64,000 bases of DNA from the human T2T-CHM13v2.0 reference genome, Homo sapiens. A model generated the notes under the pieces. The model had not been told where the DNA came from and did no database searches. It was given only the letters and a program-made list of their open reading frames with translations. Positions 12,793 through 25,429 of this stretch are shown piece by piece (position 1 is the stretch's first letter; every line of letters begins with the position of its first letter). A program made the position numbers and the translations under genes. The stretch lies in NCBI RefSeq assembly GCF_009914755.1, contig NC_060932.1; one strand, 5' to 3'.

Positions 12793-13694
12793 TATTATTG
12801 TACCAGAATTCATTCAATCATTCTTTGCCACGAACAAGAGTACTCCAAGAACATCCCTTCACATATGTCATTAGACACTGGTGTGAGTCTAGACAAATAG
12901 AGAAAAATATGGAAGGATACATAAAAGGTTAACATGGGTTCCATGGTTTTGTGGAGGATTTGTGGCTGAGAATTATTAGTATGGAGGAGGTTGGAGAGAG
13001 GAAGAAGATACAAAGAAAAGAAAGAGAGAGAGAAAGAAAATGAAAAGCTATATATAATATAATCACGTTTATGTAATTCTATAAAATTATAAATCTTTAT
13101 GTAGTCCTACATAAACATATCTATATCTGTGTTTGAATTTTTAAAAAATAAATACTTAAATTACTAATTTATAAAAAGAAAGCCACCAGACCATTTAAGA
13201 CCCTGATGAAAATGCAAATGTTATTTTGGATGCTCAAATACTAGGGGATTATGGAGCAGTTATTTAGACTTCTGCTCCGGTCACATTAAGGGATTAGTAA
13301 CTGCATGCTGATGGAAAGAGTGAAAGCATAGCATTCAGGGCAGCTTGGTGTTGATGCTGGGGAAGAGGATGGGTGGCGTGGGGGACGGAAAGAGCTGTGG
13401 TGCCTTTTGATACTAGGCTAAAAATGGTACCTCAGAGGGAGAAGGAATAGCAAGAGGGCTTTGGGAAAGCAGGTGAGGATATTGATTTGAAGGAGGGAGG
13501 TACATGATTGAAGGAGGGAGGTGCATGAGCAGAGCTAGCAAGACTAAACTAGCCATCATCAACATATACCTGTGAGATCACCTGGTCTATCATCATTTTA
13601 TAAGAAGGAGCTATTTTCTTTCAGATTATCTCCTGTAACTAGCACAATGCCTGGCTTGTCAGAGTAAGAACCCACAAAGCATTTGATGAGAGAC

Positions 13695-13722
13695 TGTGTG
13701 TGTGTGTGTGTGTGTGTGTGTG
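13695..13722. repeat. (TG)n microsatellite
   Basis: Directly visible. Confidence 0.95.
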
Positions 13723-15059
13723 AGAAAGAAAGAAGCAGGGAAGGGACTTGATTACATAGCTTATCAGTTGCAGAGCCAGGAGTAAAATTCAGACGCAGGC
13801 TCATTTTAGCTCCAGATTCTTCTAGGAATACTTGAAAGAGATCCACAGAGAGATAAGAGGAAGGGAAAGAGAGAAGGGAAGGAAGAAGGAAGGGAGGGAG
13901 ACAGCGCTCTCTTTCTCTCTCTCTCTCCCTCCTTCTCTGTCTCTTTTTCCCCCTTCCCCTCTCCCAGAAGTGGAGGTGCATTGTAGGAGGTGCATTGTAT
14001 TGAGGAGAACGACACCAGCGGGCCCTTCTCCAGTAATTCAGGTTGTGTAACAGAAGGACACTCCTCCTTCTGTATGTGCTCTGAAAGGACCCCCAGTGTC
14101 AGGAGCCTCTTAACTCACTGTCCATGAGCACTGGCCCCCTTTGGTTTTAACAGCCTACCAGGCCCTGGAATCTGACCTTGTCAAGCACCCCATGGGGTCA
14201 GGCAGTCTCCCAGTCCTCTCTGGACTCAACTGTCTGAAAAGGATTGGCCTGTAATTCCAACAAAATAGATTGTGAATATGTTGCTGAGGGAGTGCTTTTT
14301 TTTCTGTAGTATGTGCGTTTTCCCCCAGAAAGAGGATCTTTGGAGCAATCCTCATGTCTTTCTTTTCCCTGGAAAGAGATCCTCAGAGCTATCTTCCTTT
14401 CCACAACTGACCACATCCTGAAGATAATATCTCCTGGACTGGCTATGCTAACTCTTCATGAAACGTAGAGAACTGGCCAAGGATTCGAAAGTGGTTTAGC
14501 AGAGGATCTGATAAATTCATCTATACGAAGGTGTTAGGGTCTGATAACCCTTTAACGTGTTATCTTTCCAAGCAGACTTGCATTATTATAGAGCACAGAC
14601 AAAGTAAATTGTTATGCATCAGCTGATAAGGCAGTAGATGCTGGCTCAATTTTCCAAACATGAATATGTTTGATGTAAGTGGAACATAGAAACTAGGTGG
14701 TTAAGTATTAGATGATTTGGGATGTGGTAAGATACAGTGGATACACGTTATTAAGAATTGGGTTTGGATTGTGTATCAAATGGTATGCTTTTACCCAGAA
14801 ATAATAGATTACAGAACTAAAGGTGGCTGAAAGATTGAGGAAATTTTACTATATTATATAACAAGAACTCCAGTTTGGTTAATTTAATAGCAGGAATGTT
14901 TCCTCTTTCTGTTGTACCCCATATGATTGATTGCCAGGTGCTATAGCCTGTTCTATGTATTATGAAAATCTTAATTACAGAAAATATCTCTCCTTTCACT
15001 CCTTGGGCAACTTTTTTTAATAGAAGAGGCTTTACAGAATCCCTTTGTATTAATCAACA

Positions 15060-15340
15060 TGGACTTACAGCCATAGAAATATCACCAGAATTCTATGGTC
15101 AAATATAATTAAGGCTTATTTCTTGCTCAGGTCATATTCTGGTTCAAACAGACTGGAGTGAGGAGAATGTTCTGTTCCATGAAGACATTCAGGGATCCAG
15201 GCTCCTTCTATTTGGTAGCTGCAGCGTCTTCTGGGGTTTCAGAATAACATGCTGGATCCTCTGCACCTGCCCTGTAGATGGAAGGAAACGTAAGACATCC
15301 TCTCAGTTCTCATTGGTGATGTGTGAGTCCCAAGCTTATG
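15060..15340. mobile_element. Ancient ERVL/MaLR LTR fragment (LTR33-like)
   Basis: ttatttcttgctca...cattcagggatccaggctccttctatttggtagctgcagc motif typical of this LTR group. Confidence 0.45.
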
Positions 15341-15390
15341 AATAAATGAGTCACTGTCAAGAGAATGAAAATCATCAGACTGGTTTATGT

Positions 15391-15960
15391 TGTGCACAAA
15401 CCCTAAGGTGGCCCCCCAATATTGCCTGTCTTCTGGTATCCGCACTATCCGCGCCTTTGTATAATCCCTCCTGCCCTGAGTGTGAGATAGGAGACTTTTT
15501 CTAACCAATGGAAGGTGGCAAAGGTGTGTGAGTCACATCCTTGAGTATGTTTTGTTAGAATGTCACGTTTGTGATTTTATTACGTCACTTTATATAAGGC
15601 TCTGTCTCCCTAGGATTTTTTGCTTGCTGGCTTGATGAATTAAGCCAGGTGGAAAGGTTTTCTTTAAGTGGGCAGCCTCAAGCCAACAGCCAGCAAGGAA
15701 TAAAAGCCCTATATTCCACAACCTAAGAAAATAAATTCTTCCAACAACCTGAGTAAGGTTGGAAGCTGATTCTTCTCCAGACTCCCAGATGAGAACACAG
15801 GCAGGCTGACTCTTGAGTCCAGCCTTGTGGAACCCAGAGAAGAGGGCCCAGGTAAGCCATGGCTAGACTCCTGACTGACAGAAATTGTGACATCACACAT
15901 GTGTTATTTTAAGCTACTAAGTTGGTGGTAATTTGTTGTGCAACAATAGAATACTCATAT
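15391..15960 (+). mobile_element. MLT1E/F-type MaLR solo LTR
   Basis: ctaaggtggcccccaa...ttctaaccaat...ttttaagctactaagttggtggtaatttgttgtgcaacaatagaatactcata. Confidence 0.8.
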
Positions 15961-16124
15961 AGCTTAGCTGAATCATGATTAACCACTGGAAGAAGAAGGA
16001 AGCCAAAGTATCTGATGCACTGGAGAATGAAAACCCGTTCAAAATCAGGTTCTTACAGGAAGGACAAGGGACACTTGGCTATATGTAGACCACAGACAGT
16101 ATTTGATATAGTGTGTCTGCATTC

Positions 16125-16127
<3 letters not shown>

Positions 16128-16177
<50 letters not shown>
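16128..16177. repeat. (TA)n microsatellite
   Basis: Directly visible, about 25 units. Confidence 0.95.
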
Positions 16178-16181
<4 letters not shown>

Positions 16182-16309
16182 ACATATATAAATGGAGGAT
16201 CTTACATTATTTTGTTTTAACAGAAGTATAGAGAAGTTTTCTGTAAAATGGAAATGAGTATCATGAAGTTTTAAATGAACAGTGTAAAACAGAAGACATC
16301 AGCATTCAT

Positions 16310-16460
16310 TAGGTCCCAGACCTCTTTGAGAATCTGATGAAATTCTGGACAACCTCTCCTCCCACAAACAAGATGTACTTGAATACCTACACATAAAATG
16401 TTGCATTCAATTTTGGAATGTGAAGAGATCATTTGAAGCCGATCCAGAGGCCTCTAAGGT
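16310..16460. mobile_element. Ancient DNA-transposon (hAT-Charlie-like) fragment
   Basis: gacctctttgagaatctgatgaaa...acataaaatgttgcattcaatttt; similar relics near 26540-26655 (opposite strand) and 48370-48520. Confidence 0.4.
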
Positions 16461-17624
16461 AGGTATGTACTATACAGGGCTTGGAGACCTGGACTGCTCT
16501 GGTCATGCAGATGTGAGAGGGTGATATCAGTAGAGAGTTGTAGTGAGTAAGAAAATGTTCTCAGGAAACCTCAGCTTGTCGTTATATGGCAGAAACATGT
16601 TCAGATGTGTGACTCAGGGATTACTTAATATAGTTGGGGTTGGAAAGAATGAAGAGAGTATCCCAGGCATCAGGGCTGATGGGCAAGGATGGAGACAGAA
16701 CCTTCTGGATCAGCCTGAGTCAGGAAGCAGCTCAGGATACAGAAAAGCCAGGGCTCTTGAGTTAAGGAGGGCACTGATGCAGTGCAAAGAGGAGAAGGTG
16801 AGAGAGCAGAGGAATAAGGGTGGAAGGACCAAGAGATACACCTGCCAGGGGGACTAGGGTATTAGCACCTCCGCCTTCCCTGTGCTGGGGTGAGAAGGAG
16901 GAAAAAGAAAGGACTAGTAGAAGCTGTTTCTAAGGGATCTCTGGCTTCTCCAGGAGAATTGCTTAACTTTGTTTTCGATTCAACAGCAATCCAAAAAAAT
17001 TAATATAAGCATTTTTCCCGACCATATAGATAACTACCTTAAAACCAGCCATGGATTTCATTGTCCCCATTCGCCTTGGCATTGTGGTCATGTCTGTAAC
17101 AATTAGCACTACAATCATTGACGCAGCCTAGATAGAAAAGAACAGAGGGGAAATTGCAATGTAAATGGCACACTTCTGCCAAGTGAAAACCAAATGACTT
17201 CATAGATGCTGGTGTGTTCGTGGGAGAATTGAACTTTCACAAGGCAGGTGGAAGCAGAGGCAAGCCAAACTCAGAGGACCTGTTGGATGTGCTCATGTCC
17301 TGGGTGGTTGACTGAGTTTTAGCAAAGCAATACCGACTGTAATATTGAGTTAATTTTGTTAATTTGAATTGTTTGGATTCTGTCATCTTCTTTGTATTTA
17401 ATCTTTAAATTTGTTTTGGGTTTGTGGCTGCCACAGACAGCCTGCTCTTCTCTTTCTGGACATGTGGTAAAATGCCACGGTGGGGCCCCCTTCTGTTGTG
17501 CAGAACACATGATTAGTTCTGGCCAGTGAGTTGTGAGTGCGAAGTGACACTTCATAGCATTTAGCTGCAGTGTGAGTCTCTCCAGTACCGCTTTTGCCTC
17601 TAGCAACGTTTGAGATTGCACTAA

Positions 17625-18082
17625 GTATCTCCCTGTGTGCTGCTCCAGGTGCGTCCCAACTCCTCTGTGCCTTCGCTGGAAGCAGGTCTGGAGAAAATGG
17701 GTCCATGGTCTCCCTTCCATTCTAACTTCCGGTTGGATTTGGCCAATGGGGCGTTCTGGCAGGAAACTGCAGGGCAGGAGGCGAATGGGGTCAAAAGAGT
17801 AGGCATAAGTCTCTTGGCTCCGTGTGCCAGGTCCATTTGGGTTGGCTGCAACCCTCTGTCAGTCAGTCACTGTCCAGGTGCTGGTAACTGCTTCCCCACC
17901 TTGTCCCTTCAGGGTAAGGGTGGCTAGGCATTTCTAGCCTGCTGGTACTAAACTATAACTTCTTACCACTTTGCCTAACCCCCCTCTTTGCCTGGTAAGT
18001 AGTACAAATAAATAATAAACTTCTCCTCAAAGTCTTTAGTTTAGGTGTCCTCTTTGTCTCTTGCCAGGACTTGACTGGTGCA
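17625..18082 (+). mobile_element. LTR16-type ERVL solo LTR
   Basis: cttccggttggatttggccaatgggg...tggcaggaaactgcagggcaggagg...tgccaggacttgactggtgca. Confidence 0.65.
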
Positions 18083-19666
18083 GTATTGGTGGCTGCTGGG
18101 TCAGATGAGCTCCCTGCTATTCCAAGAAACAATACATGTTTGCAGCCACTAAGATTTGAGGACTTTTGTTATTACTGCCTATCCTGACAGACTCAGGTGC
18201 TACAACTATTTAAGGGCGTAAGTATAATAAATTAATATCTAGTTTTATGTTTTCAGATGTCTTAAAACTATTTAAGGGGATCCACGCAAAATGTTGTTCC
18301 CTTAAAAGAGGGCACATCTCTCTCACGTGGAGAAATACTGGTAAGAGGAAAAGACTTTCAAGTCAACCAACTTGATGTGGTGTGCAGGTGCTGCAATTTA
18401 CTTCAGACATTGCATCTATAAAAGAAAGATAAGGTCTCGGCTGGCAAGATGGCCTAAGAGGAACAGCTCCAGTCTGCAGCTCCCAGCAAGATTGATGCAG
18501 AAGGCAGGTGATTTCTGCATTTCCAACTGAGGTACCCAGTTCATCTCATTGGGACTGGTTAGACACTGGGTGCAGCCCACAGAGGGCAAACCAAAACAGG
18601 GAGGGGCATTGAGCATGAGGAACCGTGCACTCCGGCCCAGATACTGTGCTTTTCCCATGGCATTCACAACCCGCAGACCAGGAGACCCCCTCTGGTGCCT
18701 ACCCCATCAGGACCCTGGGTTTCAAGTACAAAACTGGGAAGCCATCTGGGCAGACACTGAACTAGCTGCAAGAGCTGTTTTTTTGTTCATACCCTAGTGG
18801 CACCTGGAACACCAGCATGACAACCATTCACTCCCCTGGAAAGGGTGCTGAAGCCAGGGAGCCAAGTGGTCTGGCTAGGCAGGTCCTACTCCCACAGAGC
18901 CAGCAAACTAAGATCCACTGGCTTGAAATTCTCACTGCCAGCACAGCAGCAGCCTGAGATCAACCTGGGACAGTCGAGCTTGGGGAGGGGCATCTGCCAT
19001 TGCTGAGGCTTGAGAAGGTGGTTTTACCCCCCCCAGTGTAAACAAAGCCACCTGGAAGTTCAAACTGGGTGGAGCCCACTCAGCTCAGCAAGGCTACTGT
19101 GGCCAGACTGCCAGATTTCTCCTCTCTGGGTTAGGGCATCTTTGAAAAGAAGGCAGCAGCCCCAGTCAACCTATAGATTAAAACCCCCTTCTCCCTGGGA
19201 CAGAAAACCTGGGGGAAGCGGCAGCCATGGGCACGCTTCAGCAGACTTAAATGTCCCTGCCTGATGGCTCTGAAGAGAGCATCGGACCTCCCAGCACAGC
19301 GTTCAAGCTCTGCTAAGGGTCAGACTGCATCCTGAAGTTGGGTACCTGATGCCCTTGTATCCTTGACTGGAAGACACCTCCCAGTAGGGGCTGACAGACA
19401 CGTCATACAGGAAAGCTCTGGCTGGCATCTGGCAGATGCCCCTCCAGGATGAAGCTTCCAAAGGAAAGAACAGGCAGCAATCTTTGCTGTTCTGCAGCTT
19501 CTGCTGGTAATACCCAGGCAAATGGGGTCTGGAGTGGACCTCCAGGAAACTCCAGCAGACCTGCAGCAGAGGGGCCTGATTATTAGAAGGAAAACTAACA
19601 AACAGAAAGGAATAGCAGGTCCACTGAAAGACCCCATCTGAAGGTCACCAACATAAATCCACAAAG

Positions 19667-20660
19667 ATGGGGAGAAACCAGAGCGAGAAGGCTGAAAATT
19701 ACAAAAATCAGAATGCCTCTTCTCTGCCAAAGGATCACAACTCCTTGCCAGCAAGGGAATAAAACTGGGTGGAGAAACTGACAGAAGTAGGCTTCAGAAG
19801 GTGGGTAATAACAAACTCCTCTGAGCTAAAGGAGCATGTTCTAACCCACTGCAAGGAAGCTAAGAACCTTGAGAAAAGGTTAGACAAATTGCTAACTAGA
19901 ATAACCAGTTTAGAGAAGAACATAAATGGCCTGATGTAGCTGAAAAACACAGCACGTGGACTTCATGAAGCATACCTAAGTATCAATAGCCAACTAAGTA
20001 TCAATAGCCAAATCAATCAAGTGGAAGAAAGGATATCAGAGATTAAAGATCAAGTTAATGAAATAAAGAGAGAAGACAAGATTAGAGAAAAAAGAATAAA
20101 AAGGAACTAATAAAGCCTCCAAGAAATATGGGACTGTGAAAAGACCAAATCTACATTTGATTGGTGTACCTGAAAGGAACGGGGAGAATGGAACCAAGTT
20201 GGAAAACACTCTGCAGGATATTATCCAGGAGAACTTCCCCAACCTAGCAGGTCAGGCCAACATTCAAATTCAGGAAATACAGAGAATGCCACAAAGATAC
20301 TCCTCGAGAAGAGCAACTCCAAGACACATAATTGTCAGATTCACCAAGGTTGAAATAAAAGAAAAAATGCTAAGGGCAGCCAGAGAGAAAGGTTGGGTTA
20401 CTCACAAAGGGAAGCCCATCAGGCTAACAGTGGATCTCTCTGCAGAAACCCTACAAGCCAAAAGACAGTCAGGGCCAATATTTAACATTCTTAAAGAAAA
20501 GAATTTCCACCGCCGAATTTTGTATCTAGCCAAAGTAAGCTTCAGAAGTGAAGGAGAAATAAAATCCTTTATAGACAAGCAAATGCTGAGAGATTTTGTC
20601 ACCACCAGGCCCACCTTACAAGAACTCCTGAAGGAAGCACTCAACGTGCAGTTTTGCCAC
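19667..20660 (+). pseudogene. L1 ORF1p remnant (frameshifts and stops)
   Basis: atggggagaaacca start; peptide KRPNLHLIGVPE...IIQENFPNLA...RRATPRHIIVRFTKVE in ORF 20136-20735. Confidence 0.92.
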
Positions 20661-20709
20661 TGCAAAAACCATCGACACTATGAAGAAACTGCATCAACTA
20701 ATGGGCAAA

Positions 20710-23700
20710 ATAGACAGGATCAAATTCACACATAACAATATTAACCTTAAGTGTAAATGGGCTAAATGCCCCCAGTGAAAAGACACAGACTGGCAAATTG
20801 GATAAAGAGTCAAGACCCATCTCTGTGCTGTATTCAGGAGACCCATCTCACATGCAAAGACACACATAGACTCAAAATAAAGGGATGGAGGAATATTTAC
20901 CAAGCAAATGGAAAGCACAAAAAAAAAAAAAGCAGGAGTTGAAATCCTAATCTCTGATAAAACAGACTTTAAACCAACAAAGAAGGCCATTACATAATGG
21001 TAAAGGGATCAATGCAACAAGAAGAGCTAACTATCCTAAATATATATGCACCCAATACAGCAGTACCCAGAATCATAAAGCAAGTCCTTAGAGACCTACA
21101 AAGAGACTTAGACTCCCACACAATAATAATGGGAGACTTTAACACCCCACTTTCAACATTAGATAGATCAACAAGAGAGAAAATTAACAAGGATATTCAG
21201 GACTTGAACTCAGCTCTGGACCAAGAAGACCTAATAGACATCTACAGAACTGTCCACCCCAAATCAGCAGAATATACATTATTCTCAGCACCACATAGCA
21301 CTTACTTATTCCAAAATTGACCACATAGTTGGAAGTAAAGCACTCCTCAGCAAATGTAAAAGAAAGAACAGAAATCATAACAAACAGTCTTTCAAACCAC
21401 AATGCAATCAAATTAGAACTCAGGATTAAGAAACTCACTCAAAACCACACAACTACATGGAAACTGAACAACATGCTCCTGAGTGACTACTGGGTAAATA
21501 ACAAAATGAAGGCAGAAATAAAGATGTTCTTTGAAACCAATGAGAATGAAGACACAACGTACCAGAATCTCTAGGACACATTTAAAGCAGTGTGTAGAGT
21601 GAAATTTATAGCACTAAATGCCCACAAGAGAAAGCAAGAAAGATCTAAAGTTGACACCCTAACACCAAAATTAAAAGAACTAGAGAAGCAACAGCAAACA
21701 AATTCAAAAGCCAGCAGAAGACAAGAAATAACTAAGATCAGCGCAGAAGTGAAGGACATAGAGACATGAAAAACCCTTCAAAAACTCAATGCATCCAGGA
21801 GATGGTGTTTTGAAAAGATAAACAAAATAGATAGATAGACCGCTAGCCCGACTAATAAGACAAGAGAGAAGAATCAAATAGATGCAATAAAAAATGATAT
21901 AGGGGATATCACCACTGATTGATCTCCCAGAAATACACACTACCAACAGAGAATACTATAAACACCTCTATGCAAATAAACTAGAAAATCTAGAAGAAAT
22001 GGATAAGTTCCTGGACATACACCCTCCCAAGACTAAACCAGGAAGAAGTCAAACCCCTGAATAGACCAATAACAAGTTCTGAAATTGAGGCAGTAATTTA
22101 ATAGCCTACCAATCAAAAAAAGTCCAGGACCAGACGGATTCACAGCTGAATTCTTGCAGAGGTTCAAAGAGGAGCTGGTACCATTCCTTCTGAAACTATT
22201 CCAAACAATAGAAAAAGAGGGAATCCTCCCTAAGTCATTTTATGAGGCCAGCATCATCCTGATACCAAAACCTGGCAGAGAAGCAACAAAAAAAGAAAAT
22301 TTCAGGCCAATATCCTTGATGAACATGAATGGTGAAAATCCTTAATATAATGCAGGAAAACCAAATCCAGCAGCACATCAAAAAGCTTATCCACCACGAT
22401 GATCAAGTTGGCTTTATACCTGGGATGCAAGGCTGGTTCAACATATGGAAATCACTAAACGTAATCCACCATGTAAACAGAACCAAAGACAAAAACCACA
22501 TGATTATCTCAACAGATGCAGAAAAGGCCTTTGACAAAATTCAACACCCCTTCATGCTAAAAACTCTCAATAAACTAGGTATCAATGGAACATATCTCAA
22601 AATAATAAGAGCTATTTATGACAAATCCACAGCCAATATCATACTGAATGGGCAAAAACTGGAAGCATTCCCTTTGAAAACTGGCACAAGACAAGGATAC
22701 CCTCTCTTACCACTCCTATTCAACATAGTGTTGGAAGTTCTGGCCAGGGCAATCAGGCAAGAGAAAGAAATAAAGGGTATTCAAATAGGAAGAGAGGAAG
22801 TCAAATTGTGTCTGTTTGCAGATGACATGATAGTATATTTAGAAAACCCCACTGTCTCAGCCCAAAATCTCCTTAAGCTGATAAGCAACTTTAGCAAAGT
22901 CTCAGGGTACAAAATCGATGTGCAGAAATCACGAGCATTCCTATACACAAATAACAGACAAACAGCCAAACCATGAGTGAACTCCTATTCACAATTGCTT
23001 CAAAGAGAATAAAATACCTAGGAATCCAATTTACAAGGGATGTGAAGGACCTCTTCAAGGAGAACTACAAACCACTGTTCAAGGAAGCAAGAGAGGACAC
23101 AAACAAATGGAAAAACATTCCATGCTCATGGACAGGAAAAATCAATATCATGAAAATGGCCATACTGCCCAAAGTAATTTATAGATTCAATGCTATCCCC
23201 ATTACGCTACCATTGACTTTCTTCACAGAATTGGAAAAAACTACTTTAAAGTTCATATGTAACCAAAAAAGAGCCTGCAGAGCCAAGACAAGCCTAAGCA
23301 AAAAGAACAAAGTTGGAGCCATCATGCTACCTGACTTCAAACTATACTACAAGGCTACAGTAACCAAAACAGCATGGTACTGGTGCCAAAACAGATATAT
23401 AGACCAATGGAACAGAACAGAGGCCTCAGAAGTGACACCACACATCTACAACCATCTGATCTTTGACAAACCTGACACAAACAAGCAATGGGGAAACGAT
23501 TCTCTATTTAATAAATGATGTAGGTAAAACTGACTAGTCATATGAAGAAAACTGAAACTGGACCCTTTCCTTACACCTTATACAAAAATCAACTCAAGGT
23601 GGATTAAAGACTCAAACGTTAAGGACTAAAATCATAAAAATCCTAGGAAAAAACCTAGGCAACACCATTCAGGACATAGGCATGGGCAAAGACTTCACGT

Positions 23701-24410
23701 CTAAAACACCAAAAGCAATGGCAACAAAAGCCAAAATTGACAAATGGGATCTAATTAAACTAAAGAGCTTCTGCACAGCAAAAGAAACTATCATCAGAGT
23801 GAACAGACAACCTACAGAATGGGAGAAAATTTTTGCCATCTATCCATCTGACAAAGGGCTAATATCTAAAATCTACAAAGAACTTAAACAAATTTTCAAG
23901 AAAAAAAACCCCCGTCAAAAAGTGGGCAAAGGATATGGACAGATGCTTTTCAAAAGAAGATATTTATGCAGCCAACAAACATTTGAAAAATGCTCATTAT
24001 CACTAGTCATTAGAGAAATGCAAATCAAAACCACAATGAGATACCATCTCCTGCCAGCTAGAATGGTAGTCATTAAGTCAGGAAACAACAGATGCTGGAG
24101 AGGATGTGGAGAAACAGGAACGGTTTTACACTGTTGGTGGGAGTGTAAAGTAGTTCAACCATTGTGGAAGACAGTATGGCAATTCCTCAAAATACCATTT
24201 GACCCAGCAATCCCATTACTGGGCCAAAGGATTATAAATTATTCTACTATAAAGACACATGCACATGTATGTTTATTGTGGCACTATTCACAATAGCAAA
24301 AATTTGGAACCAACCCAAATGTCCATCAATGATAGACTGGATAAAGAAAATGTGGCACATATACACCATGGAATACTATGCAGCCATAAAAAAGGATGAG
24401 TTCATGTCCT
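20710..24410 (+). pseudogene. L1 ORF2p remnant (endonuclease, RT, C-terminal domain), disrupted
   Basis: Endonuclease motifs LNIYAPN and GDFNTPL; RT motifs GTRQGYPL and [10 protein letters not shown]; C-terminal CWRGCGE..HCWWEC; split across many ORFs. Confidence 0.95.
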
Positions 24411-25155
24411 TTGCAGGAACATGGACATAGAAACCATCATTCTCAGCAAACTAACACAAGAACAGAAAACCAACCACCACATGTTCTCACTGATAAGTGG
24501 GAGTTGAACAATGAGAAGACATGGACACAGGGAGGGGAACATCACACAGTGGGGCCTGTTGGGGGATGGCTAGGGGAGGGATAGCATTAGGAGAAATACT
24601 TAATGTAGGTGACAGGTTGATGGGTGCAGCAAACTACCATGGCACGTGTGTACCTGTGTAACAAACCTGCACATTCTGCATATGTACCCCAGAACTTAAA
24701 GTATAATTAATAAATAATGAATCCAACTCTTAGGAATGTAAGGTTTAGATAATGCATCTAAGACGCTCAGCAGATGACTTGGCATCTAGCATTTGCTCTA
24801 TAAATGATGGCTAATATTAACTCATCAGTGATAGCTACAATTAAATTGTTACTAACAATAGCCTAAAGGATTATTGCCTAGAGAGTAACATATGGAGTAA
24901 TCAGGCAGGGGATGAGGGAAAAGAAGGAGTTAGCCAGCAGGGAAGGGGTTGACTGTGGAACAAGTGTTCAGGATCAGGAGGCAGAAGACCTTTGCAGAAA
25001 GAGGAGGAGGGCCTGTGATTAGGCCAGCAATGGCAGGGTGGAGTCAGGCCAGGACCAGAGCTGATGGCTAAGGCACTCAAGTAGAAGCCGCTAGAGTATC
25101 TGTGGGGAAGCCTGGGGTATAGAGGTGATACAAGACTCACCATTTTAAAAAATGT

Positions 25156-25429
25156 TTTTTAGTGACCGGATCTCACTCTGGCACCTAGACTGGAGGGTAC
25201 TGGCATGAACTCCTGGGCTCAGATGTCCTCCCACCTCCACCTTCTGAGTAGCCGGAATTACAGGAATGAACCATCATGCTCAGGTAATTTTTTAATTTTT
25301 TTTTCTTTTGTAAACACAAGGCCTCACTATGTTGCGCAGGCTAGTCTTGAGCTCCTGGCCTCAAGCAATTCTCCTCCTTCAGCTTCCCAAAATGCTGGAA
25401 TTACAGGTGTTAGCTGCCACACCCAGCCC
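25156..25429 (-). mobile_element. AluJ-type element (diverged, small deletion)
   Basis: Both arms present; gagctcctggcctcaagcaattctcct is AluJ-like. Confidence 0.88.

Larger units (their letters stand above)
18437..24716 (+). mobile_element. Full-length, inactive L1 (L1PA7/L1PA8-type)
   Basis: 5'UTR with YY1 site caagatggcc (18445-18454), ORF1 and ORF2 remnants, 3'UTR ending cccagaacttaaagtataa; ~6.3 kb; splits a MIR (left part ~18385-18432, right part ~24715-24820). Confidence 0.97.

Noticed and set aside
20136-24584. Long ORFs with RT and endonuclease motifs as an active gene or novel RT system
   Set aside because: Ordinary L1 ORF1/ORF2 fragments broken by multiple stops and frameshifts
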